A DNA stretch of 63,738 bases, counting the filler, from Folioceros fuciformis (lineage: Eukaryota): assembly GCA_049999805.1 (NCBI GenBank). It is 26 parts of 26 records of this genome, joined end to end, with 100 filler letters (N's around TTAATTAATTAA, not from the genome) between each part and the next. Parts side by side here need not be neighbours in the genome. Positions count along the whole stretch, not along the records: positions 36,784 to 39,055 come from JBNGIO010002789.1; positions 39,156 to 42,325 come from JBNGIO010002790.1; positions 42,426 to 44,311 come from JBNGIO010002791.1; positions 44,412 to 46,657 come from JBNGIO010002792.1; positions 46,758 to 48,175 come from JBNGIO010002793.1; 21 more parts are not named here. One strand, written 5' to 3'. Below, one piece after another: positions 37,262-48,275 of the stretch. The translations under genes were made by a program, and so were the position numbers. The notes under the pieces were generated by a model. The model searched no databases. It had not been told where the DNA came from and was given only the letters and a program-made list of their open reading frames with translations. Positions within the stretch are counted from its first letter, which is position 1, and every line of letters starts with the position of its first letter.

Positions 37262-38860
37262 TATAGAGGAAAAAAACTTTCGGGCCTCCCATTTTGAAGA
37301 GCAAAATGAACAGGTAGTGTTTTTTTTGGTGAAGATGTGAGTGAATTGGCTTAGTATGGAAATAATACTTGGGTATTTATACCCAAAAGGCTCCTTGGCC
37401 CTTGGTGATTTGATGGGATTGAGTGACAGGACTAAGGAGAAGTGTTTGCGAGAGTGTCCCTGGCCCTTGGTGGTTCGGGGGCACTCAGGTGTCTATATAC
37501 GTACCCTCCCCCTCAAAAATAAGAAATAGGAAGTGGGTAGGGGCTTAGGTAGTTGTGGACTTATGCAAAAATCGAAGTGTTGTGACTGGGCGACGGTAGC
37601 CGGTTGGGTGACCGTCGTGGAAGGGGAACCGGCGGTAGCCCAACCTGCGGTAGTGGAATGGGAACGGCAGTATAAAATCCTAGAGCGAGTCAAGAGGAAA
37701 CGGGGCAGTAATCGAGGCCGGAGAGTTCGCGAGTTGGAGCGGGAGTGGGAGTAGCCGCGGAGCGCGACAACGGTCAAGGGCGGAGCGGGCGCTAAGGCAG
37801 TGGAGTAGAGTGGGCGGAGAACATCGTGCAATCATAGGTGCAGGAGGGCAGCGGTGTTCGGCACGGGAGGAGATCAGGCAGGATGAGGTCTCGACTAGAG
37901 TTGCTGCTAGGAGTAATGGTGTTTGAGCAGGAGGGGGAACCTCTTATTCCGAAGATCGACGTGCTCCTGTGGCCCAACATGGAGCACTGGAGGGTCAAAG
38001 CCGGAGGGCTGGTTGGAGAACTAGGCCTTTGTTTCATGACCCAGAGGTGGAACCATGCAGCGTCACAACTGGTCAGGGAATGCACATTGAAAATGAGAGA
38101 GCCCATCAGAGAAGAGGGAATCCGTGGTAGGCCCCAGGAATGGAACCTGGAGCTGGTGAGGCGGGTGTATGGCCGCGATCAGCAGGAGGAGGGGGGACTG
38201 GTGCTGGAGTCCCTGAAGAAACGAGGAGGCACAACGAGGTGCTGCTCAAGCCAGGCACCAACCTGATATGGTCAAATCCCAGCTGGTGGGTCTGGCCAGA
38301 TGGTTTCTGTGTTTCCTGCAGGTTCGCAAGCAGGATTATTTGTATGATTAGATGCTCCTATTTGTGCACGAGGTGGTCAAAGGGAGCAAGGTGGATTGGG
38401 GGGAAATCTTGTACGCCAGGATGGATGAGGAGAGGCAGAATCTAACTCTGTCCTCTCCCCGGCCTTCGATGATTTCTCCCTTTTTAATTCATATCTATTG
38501 CTATGCTAACCTTGTGACTGAACTGGAAGTGCTAGCCTCGCTGCATATGTGGGGGCCGATAAGGGATGTGAAGTGGAAACCCGCCAAGCTAGTAGGAGCC
38601 TACTCCAGCAGCTGGGAGTCGGGCGGTGCGGATAGTTCGGAGGAGGGGACCCCTGCCAGGCAGAAGAGGAAGGCCAAGAAGAAGTCTTTTTAAGGGAAAA
38701 AGACTCCCGCCAAGCAGAGACAGGCCAGTGGCCAGATTGTCAAGAGAGGAAGCGGGTCAGCGTCACAAGAGGCAGCCCCAGAGTAGGCTAAGGAGGAGCA
38801 TGGAGCTGCTCAAGAGCCAGCGGATCAGGAACCCAACGATGTGGAGCCAGAAGCACCGTA
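37262..38860 (+). mobile_element. Diverged E-type terminus followed by an accessory ORF (frameshifted)
   Basis: TATAGAGGAAAAAAACTTTCG start is homologous to E; ORF pieces 37838-38266 and 38352-38693 (KVDWGEILY...MISPFLIHIY). Confidence 0.72.
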
Positions 38861-39155
38861 AATTGTCGAGTGGAAGCGAGAATACTTGCTTAATCTCTTG
38901 GTAGATAAATTAAACAACAAATGTCAACAAGAAAGTCTTAATACCATTCTAGGTAACGCTTGGCTAAAGGTCACCTCCATTAACCTAAACGACCACAGTC
39001 TACTTGATCTAATCTATAGGTTAATGTTTAATACAATATATATATATATCACCTANNNNNNNNNNNNNNNNNNNNNNNNNNNNNNNNNNNNNNNNNNNNT
39101 TAATTAATTAANNNNNNNNNNNNNNNNNNNNNNNNNNNNNNNNNNNNNNNNNNNN

Positions 39156-39295
39156 TCTCGCATCTTGTGACTATTGAGTGTGTCCCAACGGAGGATAATC
39201 TCATAGATATATTTACAAAAGGTTTATCCAAGGCCAAGCATGAGCCTTTCTCTTCTGCTTTAGGCCTTGTGGACTTATCAAGTGTTTTTTCTTGA
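39156..39295 (+). mobile_element. Ty1/copia RNase H C-terminus
   Basis: VTIECVPTEDNLIDIFTKGLSKAKHE...ALGL read from the sequence. Confidence 0.75.
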
Positions 39296-39539
39296 ATGGG
39301 AACCTTTCTTCTTCATATGCATTAACTTGCTATACATTTATGGTCCTACCATGAGTGAACCGGACATGTTAGTTAGTTAGTTTCATTTCATGTTGTTGCA
39401 AACGTGAGTGGGAGTGTCGAGGATATGGTTGTTGGAGCCCTATATAGGGCACGTTTCAACAAATATTCTAATATTTATTTAATTAGGTTACTGAGATATT
39501 ATTAGGCATAGTAGTTTCAGTTTTCCCTTTACAGGTGTC

Positions 39540-40483
39540 TCTTAGGCAAGCAAAGGATTCTCTACCTTTGGAGGCTCGTGAGGCTCTACCTCCTTTCACC
39601 TCCTTTTCTAGGGAAGGGTTAAAGGGTCTCCAAGCCTCCCTCCTAGAAAAGCAATATGGCCAAGCACTAAGAGCCCTTCTTTCAGACTCATTCATCCCTT
39701 GGTCTTCTCGAGCTCGCATTCAATCTTGTTCAGGTAAAGGAGTGGGATCTTGGCTTTTAGTTCGACCTTGGATCTAGGCTAAATCCTCGCACCAGCAACT
39801 TTCGCCACCGTGATGAGATTTCGCTTAGGTTTGGCCCACCCCTTGGGCTTTTTCTCTCTCTACATGCAGTTGTGGGGTTGCCATTGTTGATACAAGGTCC
39901 CATTTGGAAGGTTGTCCTGTTGGGGGGTACCGCATTGCCACTTATGATGCAGTTCGGGATGTCAAGTTCTTAATGGCTAGGGAGTGTGGGTTTCTTCCGT
40001 ATAGGGAGCGTCCATATACTTTGCGCAATGGGGTTTCACTTAGAGCCGACCTTTTCTTCACTAGGGAGAACAGGTTTGTGTTGTTGATGTGGTTGTTACG
40101 GATTCCACTAGGGATTCGATTTGTGAGCATGTTATCATCAACCCCCCTGGCTGGGCGGTAGAGGGTTGTGCAAGTGCCAAAGTCCATAAGTATTCTCTCT
40201 TGCAAAACGGGCATACTTTCATCCCTCTTGCTCTTGAGACTCATGGAGCTATAGGCAAGGACTTTTCAAGGTTTATCAGAGCAATAGGAATGGTGTTCTC
40301 CCTGTTTCCTCTGTGGTGGCCTTCTTTCGACAACGTGTATCCATTGCTTTGCAACGAGCATTGGCCAATGCAGTTTTTAGATTAGCAACAAGTGCAGGTC
40401 AAGTGGCTTCTTCAGCACTGGTGATAGGTAGGCGTTTTGTTATTGCACATCATGACATTTTGGAAGCAGTAAGTAGTTTTTGA
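39540..40483 (+). mobile_element. Non-LTR retrotransposon 3' part with Zn finger and restriction-like endonuclease (CRE-like), degenerate
   Basis: GVGSWLL, MRFRLG, CSCG...HLEGC, RIATYDAVRD, LRADL...DVVVT, AKVHKY, FIPLALETHG and RVSIALQRALA appear in order across frames. Confidence 0.78.
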
Positions 40484-40993
40484 AAATGATATTCGCAGGG
40501 AGAATACCTCTTTTTACCTTTAACCTTAATGGGTTGTTGTTCCTCCAATCTTTGAAGTAGATAAGACTTTGTATCTCTTTTTCAATCATAGAAAATACCA
40601 ATGGCTTCACTTATAACCCGTTGGTGTGTTCACCCTTGATATGGAGTGGTCATGTTGAATTTTTGTCAGCAGTCACAATGCGCAAATACTGGACATACCT
40701 GCAGGCCCTCTTTTGTTTCAAGATGGCATTGGACCCTAGTCCACACCTTGGACTTCGACGTACATGCCATGCTCCACGTCACGGCAGGTTGAGTCTAGCT
40801 CACTGATGCGGGACGTGGCGAACTGGAGCCCGAGCGGAAGTACAAGCAGATCACTAAATTCAGACGAACGTTCCTCCGGGCACTCGAATGTCGGAGGGAG
40901 GGCAAGGTGGATGTAGAGTGTAAGAATTTGTGACTGCGATTTGGCACGCTGCACGGAGGCTCGGGGTCTCCAGCGGCAGCACAGGAGTCATTC

Positions 40994-41370
40994 ATGGGTG
41001 CCTCTGGGAGCTCGTCCCTGAAATGGGCGTTTCTGCTCGCTCTCTTGTTCTTTTCGGGAGAAAGGTGTGCTGGTGAAGGTCGTGACGTCGGATCGGGACT
41101 CAGGAAGAAAGGAGGGCGCCGAAGCACCGTGGTGGCTATATCAATCGCAGGTCCTGGGGCTGGTTCGAGAACGACGCGAAAAGCCTGCAAGTGGCACTGA
41201 ATCTGGAGTTCTTGGAGGACTTCTATCTGTTCTCTGCCTTGGGGTACGGTATGGACAAATTGAACAGCTCGCTCGTGGGAAAGGGACCGGACCCGAACGG
41301 TGCACAGAAGGTTAACCTTGACAGCCTCGCGAAGGATCTCATTCCCGCACCAGGAAGTTGGTCAGCTTCT
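40994..41370 (+). pseudogene. Exon 1 of a desiccation-related pcC13-62-like (ferritin-like) gene, frameshifted
   Basis: Signal peptide MGASGSSSLKWAFLLALLFFSG; in a second frame DAKSLQVALNLEFLEDFYLFSALGYGMDKLNSSLVGKGPDPNGAQKVNLDSLAKDLI; then QEVGQL back in the first frame and a GTATGC donor at 41371. Confidence 0.78.
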
Positions 41371-42020
41371 GTATGCGTTGTACTTTACCCTGCATTCATG
41401 AAGCTCCAAACTTCATCCAAACTCAGATCTCCTACCGGCGGTGTCTGGATCGAGAATCGAACTATCGTCTCCAGGCGCAGAGCGACCCGTGCTAACCAAT
41501 GCACCAATCGATGCATGCCGCACTCTTTCGTCCGGTGTGGGACGGACCTACTGGCAGATCACTGTGTTAGCTCTTGACCCAGTCCATGACACTTGGTGAC
41601 GAATGAAATAAGCTATCGGCGTGCACGGTTGTCCGAGGCAAGTGCGGGTTCACCTGGCACCAGCAATAATCCAGGCAACATGCCTATACATATCCAGTTA
41701 ACTCGGTCCCGGCTATCCTATCCAGCACGAGGAAGGTGGAGAGCAGAGAGACGCAAGATCTGGGAAAGGACATGTCGGACCGTCAAGGGCCACGCGCCCA
41801 CTCGGGTACGCACGACCGGGTTGACGGGCGCCGGCAGCGCACGTTTAAAAGGCGGGCAGGCAGCAGGCCAATGCAGTCCTCGATCTTTGGCTTCATCAGA
41901 TCGGAGTTGGGAACAACAGAGAGAGATCCGAGCAGGCACTGCCACCCGATCAACCGAGCTTCCGCAAGGCCAACGGAGCTTCTTCAGTGTTGAAGGCGAT
42001 CGAGAAGATCTAGTGTGGCG

Positions 42021-42325
42021 ATGACGATGTCCAAGGCGTCGCAGCCAGCAGCGCAGATTCTGGTGCTGCTGGCCGCTCTGTTGGTGCTGGCTGCCGCTCC
42101 AGCGGCATTCGGAGACGGCGGGCACCATAAAGGCTACGACTACTGCACCCCCAAGGTGACGGCGTACTGCGACAAGATCAAGCAGACCTGCTGCAGCGGC
42201 AAGTGCGTCGACACCTTGGTGGACCTCTACAATTGCGGAGCCTGCAAGAAGGCCTGCGCCAAGGGATCCCAGTGCTGCTACGGTGCCTGTTCCGACACCA
42301 ATTCCGATGTCAAGAACTGCGGCAA
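42021..42325 (+). CDS. STIG1-domain secreted cysteine-rich protein (3' end cut by contig end)
   Basis: Hydrophobic signal peptide, then CCSGKCVD...DLYNCGACKKAC..G..CCYGAC.D...D..NCG; high GC3; TTTAAAA near 41844. Confidence 0.88.
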
Positions 42326-42425
42326 NNNNNNNNNNNNNNNNNNNNNNNNNNNNNNNNNNNNNNNNNNNNTTAATTAATTAANNNNNNNNNNNNNNNNNNN
42401 NNNNNNNNNNNNNNNNNNNNNNNNN

Positions 42426-42637
42426 AACCACCAAGGCCCAAGGACACCCTCACTCACTCACTTCCAGATCATGGTCTTTGGTATCCCAAACACCCAAAGA
42501 CCAAGGCCATTTTTGGGTATGAATACCCCTATCTTATTCACATACTAAGTTGATTCACTCGTTCCTTCACACAAAAAATCGCAGCCTGCTCATTATGTCA
42601 CTCAAAATGGGAGTGTCGAAAGTTTTTTTCCTCTACA
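42426..42637 (-). repeat. Terminus E copy
   Basis: Near-identical to the part of 6675-6975 from about 6764; ends CCTCTACA. Confidence 0.88.
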
Positions 42638-44153
42638 TACTCCCCTTCTCACTTGTTGGCGTCCTCGCCAACCTACACATAATACTTTTTCACCCGCTAA
42701 CCATTCACCCTGGTTGGCAACAACTGTCCGTCCATCTGTTGTAGATGAATGGAGCTATTGTCGAAAACTTCAGTCATCGTATAGGGTCCCATCCACCTCA
42801 GATGCAACTTCCCCAGGAAGTGCATATACCTGTTGTCATACAATAGGGCCAGATCTCCAGATACCACCCACTTCTACCGTTTCATCCTGCTATCATGCCA
42901 CTCTTTCCTCCTGGCCTGTATTTCCTACATGGTTCCCATAGCCTGTTCCCTATCCTCAGTATGCTTCACAAACCCAATCAGGCGTTCCAGTTGACTTTCC
43001 TCCACTGTCATTCGTTCCCTGTTCTGGATACGCGGGGTTAGGACATCAAACTCCACAGGCATGATCGGGTGATGCCCATAAGTGAGATAATAGGGAGTTT
43101 TCTGAGTGGTAATTCTTTCCGCGGTTCTGTATGCCCATAACGCTGAGTGGAGTTTAAGATCCCAGTCGTAAGAGTACTTCACCGTCAACTTATCACCACA
43201 TGAGCAGTATCAACTTGGAGTGGTTGCGCTTCCACCATCCATGTGCAGTAGTCTGTGGCGACCAGAATGTACTGGTTCTACCGAACTTGAGTCTTCGGCT
43301 GGATAGGACCCACAAACTCAACTCCCCACTTTTCAAACGGCGCCAAGGCCAAGATCGGTACCAACAGCCATTGTGTCGTCGGGGTGGGCTTCCCTACCCG
43401 TCGGCACGCGTCACAGTTTTTTACATACTCGGCTGTGTCCTTGTGCATTGCAGGCCACCAGTATCCTGCCTCCAAGATTTTCCTGCAAGTGATGTGTGCA
43501 GTGAAATGGCCACCTACCTCCCCGTCGTGCAGTCCCTCTAGCACCCGCTCCATTTTCTCCCCCGTCACCCATAAGTGTTGTCTCCTGTCTGGTCCCGTTC
43601 GATACAATTCGCCCCTACTGTGGGTAAAGGGCCAAGCATAATGTACAAACGCTTGCGCCTGCTGTTTGGACAGATCGACATGAATAATTCTTATCTCTAG
43701 GAACTTTGCTACTTCCGGGTAGGTGGGTCGAACAAACTTGACCCTCCCCTTCCCATTCCCTGCTGTGCCTCCATTTTTTTGTCGTTTACGATTGGGCACA
43801 GCCGCTTTGCCCTCCATCTCTGCTACGAACAGCGTTTCATCGGGAAACTCGTCCTCCTAGTCCTGGTCTACCTCCTCTGATTGCAACCTTGAGAGGTAGT
43901 CAGCATTAACGTGTTTGCGCCCCTTCCGGGTCTCCACTGTGAAGGTGAATTCCTGCAACAGCAAAATCCATCTAGCTATCCTCCCCGATAAATCCACCTT
44001 GTTCACCAGATGTTTTAGCACGAAATGATCCACATGGAACACGAATTCGTAGGACAGCAAATAGTGCTGAAACTTCCTAACGGAATACACCATCCCCAGG
44101 GCCTCTCGCTCCATAGTGGTGTACTTCCGCTCCGCCTCAGTAAGTTGACGTCC
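42638..44153 (-). mobile_element. Ty3/gypsy (non-chromovirus-like) RNase H and integrase fragment
   Basis: EREALGMVY...ARWILLLQEF...NADYLSRL; LHDGEVGGHF...CDACRRVG; FEKWGVEFVGP; ALWAYRTA; integrase core partly deleted. Confidence 0.9.
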
Positions 44154-44311
44154 TGTGAACCTCCAAAGTTTGGGGTAGTAGTTTGTTTTGGTTGAAAAAG
44201 GGTTAATAGTGGTATGGTTTGGTTTTCTTTTTCAACTTATTTTTCCTAATTTTCCTTGATTTTCTGGTCATTTTTCCTATTTTTCTTTGTGCTAATTAAG
44301 TTAATTGACCA
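44154..44311 (+). repeat. Terminus D copy
   Basis: Starts TGTGAACCTCCAAAG. Confidence 0.9.
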
Positions 44312-44411
44312 NNNNNNNNNNNNNNNNNNNNNNNNNNNNNNNNNNNNNNNNNNNNTTAATTAATTAANNNNNNNNNNNNNNNNNNNNNNNNNNNNNNNNN
44401 NNNNNNNNNNN

Positions 44412-45158
44412 GGCCCTCTCTTCATGAGCTCTTGTGGTCTGTCCCTGATTGGTTTAGGTCCTGCAATGTGTTGCCGGCTGTGCAACGTCTGGTAGGATCA
44501 CAGGCAGCGTGTTGCCGGTTGTATAGTGTCTGGTAGGATCACAAGGTGTAATGACCAGGGTGAAGGGGCTTGCCCCTAGCTCTTGATTGTAAAGGATGTG
44601 TCTTTCTCTCGACCTGTCCACTCTTGTTCCCTATTTGGACAAGTATTGCAGGCCGGCCATGTTTCATGGCGTCTGGTAAGGTTGTGGGGAGGAGATATCC
44701 GAGAGGGGAGTGTGTTCCCTTCTTTCTTTTCTTTGGGGTTAGTTAGTGACTCTTGCCGAGTAGGAGGAGTCAATAGGGAAGTGTAGAAGGTAGTGGTGTC
44801 ATTGTTGGTTGTTGGTTGTTGGTGTTGGTGTTGGAGCGAGAGAGTGAGTGAAGGGAGTGAGGGAAGTCGCAAATCTGAGAGGTTAGGGTCGTTGTAGTGA
44901 CAGGAGCGAGTTTGTGGGCACCGATAGAGGTGCAGCTGACCGCTGGACAACGAGGCATGTCCTTCACCTGATCGAAGCTGGAGGGGAGACCACAAATCCA
45001 TCATCGAGTTGATTGAGTCCGACCCTCCATCCACTGCAGCAAGGAACCTCATCGCTCCTTCGTGGGAATGAAACCCAATGTCTCAACGACAGTGGGATAA
45101 GTGTGGCCACTAAAGGTGGAACCTGTCGACAATCAGTGCCCGGGGTTTTGCCTCCACA
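44412..45158 (-). repeat. Terminus C copy
   Basis: Ends ...TTTTGCCTCCACA at 45158. Confidence 0.9.
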
Positions 45159-46163
45159 GAAGGGCAAGGTATTGAGTACTCTGTTACCTCCATATGTGAA
45201 ACTTTCAAGCAAGGATTGCCCAAGCTCTGCGGAGGACAAAGCTGAAATGGAGAAGGTTCCATACTCATCAGCTGTAGGGAGTTTGATGTATGCAATGATT
45301 GCTACACGTCTTGACATTGCCTTTGCAGTAGGAGTGGTTAGCAGGTTTATGTCAAACCCTAGCAGGAAGCATTGGGAGGCAGTGAGAGGAGTTATGAGGT
45401 ACTTGAATGGTACAAAAGCTTTGTGCTTTTGTTTTGGTAGTGAAGATGCATCTGTCGTGGGATATACGGATGCTGATTATGTAGGGGATATGGACAAAAG
45501 GAGGTCCACATCAAGTTATGTCTTCATGTGCATTGGAGGGGCAGTCTCATGGCCATCTCGTTTGCAATCGTGCATAACACTATCTACCACAGAGGCCGAG
45601 TATGTTGCAGCGACTAAGGCATGCAAGGAAGCCATGTGGCTTGCTCGTTTAGTGGGAGATTTGGGAATCAAGGTTGAGTTGCTAGTGTTACATTGTGATA
45701 GCCAGAGTGCTATCCAATTGGCGAAGAATCCAGTGTTTCATGCGAAGACCAAACATGTGGAAGTGAAGTATCACTTCATTCGAGAGGTGTTGGAAGACAA
45801 GAGGGTACAGCTTGTCAAAGTTCACACCAGTCAGAACCCTGTAGATATTCTTACCAAGGAGCTTGCTTCGGAGCAATTCGCACAAGTTCGGACACTCAAG
45901 GGCATGAGGTTGAGCACTCTCCTATGAAGGTAAATTGGCCTTTAAGTGGGAGGTTGTAGGGTTAATAAAGCCTTATGTGCTTAGACTAATGTGTTTAGTC
46001 TAAGATTAGTGTCTAGTTAAGTACCATTAGTTTAGATTAGCTTAAGCTAATCTGTAGGAACCTTCTTGTGCAGCTTCCTATGCGCTTCTTGTGAAGCTTC
46101 CTAGAGAGCTCTTCTAGAGGGTATAAATACCCTTGAGCTCCCTTGCATATTGAGACTGATTGT
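45159..46163 (+). mobile_element. Copia family B 3' end: RT/RNase H, PPT, 3' LTR (45955-46163) cut by a family A insertion
   Basis: Open frame to 45927 (LSTTEAEY, CDSQSAIQLAKNPVFHAKTKH); AAGTGGGAGGT then TGTAGGG. Confidence 0.93.
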
Positions 46164-46657
46164 TGTTGAAATAGCACCACAGGCTTAGAAGGACTCCACA
46201 ATTCCTTTCTTATGGTGCATAGGATGCTACATATACAGCCTTCAGGCAGGGCAACCCTCGATAAGGTAAGCCTTAGTCTCGAGGGTGCAATATCCTAGTA
46301 TATCCTGATATATCTTGATAACACTTAGGTGATAGATAACTACGAGTTCAATATGGGATAATCTACACTATCCTAAGTGTTGTATGCTCTTAATAACAAT
46401 TTAGTTAGAGCTTGATTTCTAACACTCCCCCTCAAGCTCAGACTATTTGTAACACACCAAGTAGTTCACGAAAGTATAAGAACTTATCTCTACCTAGCGA
46501 CTTAGTAAAGATATCTGCTACCTGGTCTTCAGTCTTCACGTGCCGAAGATCTATCTTCTCAAATAATACCGCTTCCCTGATGAAATGATAATGTACTTCT
46601 ATGTGCTTCGAACGAGCATGAAACACAGGATTAGTAGCCAACCTCATGCTACTCATG
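46164..46657 (-). mobile_element. Copia family A 3' end: RNase H tail, PPT, 3' LTR (46164-46424)
   Basis: NPVFHARSKHIEVHYHFIRE...QVADIFTK; CTCCCCCTCAAG PPT complement; LTR matches 1952-2212, but flanks ATTGT versus CAACC differ, so it is a different copy. Confidence 0.93.
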
Positions 46658-46757
46658 NNNNNNNNNNNNNNNNNNNNNNNNNNNNNNNNNNNNNNNNNNN
46701 NTTAATTAATTAANNNNNNNNNNNNNNNNNNNNNNNNNNNNNNNNNNNNNNNNNNNN

Positions 46758-48175
46758 GGTTGGTTGCAGGACCGATGCGTCAGGATCAGCTCCGGGGCTG
46801 TGGCAGTCCAGAATCAGGATGCCAGGTAGGCCAGCTTGCAGGCACCTGGACCGATCAGCAGCAGGTCGGCGGGGCCAGCAAGCTGGCTAGAGTCCAGGTA
46901 GGCGACCCGGCACCAGATCAGGCGGACCACGGGGGTCTAGCAGTTTGGTTGGTTGGATGGGCTGTGGCTAGCTAGCGGTTTGGCTGCCCTATGACCGAAG
47001 TGGTACAAGGGGTCGACCGAGCTGCAGGCAGGCATTTGGCAGCCAACGTGCCGGCTGATGACAGATGACCCTGCAGGTAGACAGCCGCCCAGGATTTTGC
47101 CTTCACAATGGGGCTGCCCCGACTGGATGTAACTAGAGGCAGGCGACGCAAGTTCAGCCCGCATGCATGAAGAGCCAGCCAGCTGGGCACGGTTGCAGAC
47201 GGGCAACCGGGCCAGCAGAGGCTCAGCTGCCAGCGGCTGGTCAAGGTGGATCCTGCAAGCCAGTCGGCGAGCTGGATGTATCGGGTGCCCTGCTGGGTCA
47301 GGGCTTGTGGTGACGCGACATCCGGGTCTGGGGGCGGTGCCAGAGCCAAGGCAGGGTGTACAGCCGGGGATAGTTGGCTGTTGGTAGATCTGAAGGCCAG
47401 GCCGACGGCGGGCTGGCTGACAGATCCTGGGCTGGGCAGCCAAGTGGTGGGCAATTCGGCACCTAGGCTGACTCGTGGGCCGGCTGCATGCAGGCAGGCG
47501 CCTCGCCGGATCGCCAAGGTGGGTGGCAGGGTTCGGCCGGGCAGGGTCAAAGCGGGTTGGCGTAGCCAGTTCGGCCTAGTTGCTGCCTGCCGATTGATGG
47601 CCGGCGGGGATCCAGGCCGACTGGCTGGGCTAGGGCCAGTCGGCAGAACAGGCAGGCCGAGCAGGCGGGTGGCTTGAGCGACTCGAGACCGGAGCTGGAT
47701 CTGCAGTGGTAGCAAGCCGAGGTACCGTCAGGCTGGTCACAGCTGGGGAGCAGCCGTCGAGGTAGGAGGCTTGGCTGGAGGTGGCCAGACAGCGAAAGCT
47801 GGTAGTTGAGAAGCCTGGTGGCGTTCGGTGGGCTGGGTGGAGATCTGGGCTGGGAAGATGGGCAGCTGGGCGGGTTACATGGCGGCTGACCGAGCCGGAT
47901 CTAGCTAAGCCGGTTGGTAGGCAGGCTGTGTTGGGAGTGAAGCGCCCGGCTACAGGAGCCAGGTGGCCAAGCAGGTGGGCTGCCTTGCTGGATCGGGAGG
48001 CTAAGGGTCTCGGGCCAATCGACCGGGGCAGGTGCTCGGTGATTGAGGATGCCCCGGCGGCCGTGGCCACAGGTAGAGGGCCAGCAGACCTGGGCCACTA
48101 GCGGCCAAGCATCCCGGAGGTGTGTCGGTTGATCGATCCAGGAGGCCGGCTGGTTGGCTAGCCAAGCGGGCCGGT
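46758..48175. repeat. GC-rich degenerate repetitive sequence, possibly the interior of the F LTR
   Basis: Dense GCCGG/GGCTGG/GCTAG words and no recognisable protein; similar texture to 14560-14891. Confidence 0.45.
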
Positions 48176-48275
48176 NNNNNNNNNNNNNNNNNNNNNNNNN
48201 NNNNNNNNNNNNNNNNNNNTTAATTAATTAANNNNNNNNNNNNNNNNNNNNNNNNNNNNNNNNNNNNNNNNNNNN

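Noticed and set aside
1952-46424. The two family A LTRs as ends of one element
   Set aside because: They are on different contigs and the flanks do not match (CAACC versus ATTGT).
46760-48101. Overlapping long ORFs on both strands
   Set aside because: Expected from high GC content; no domain or codon pattern.
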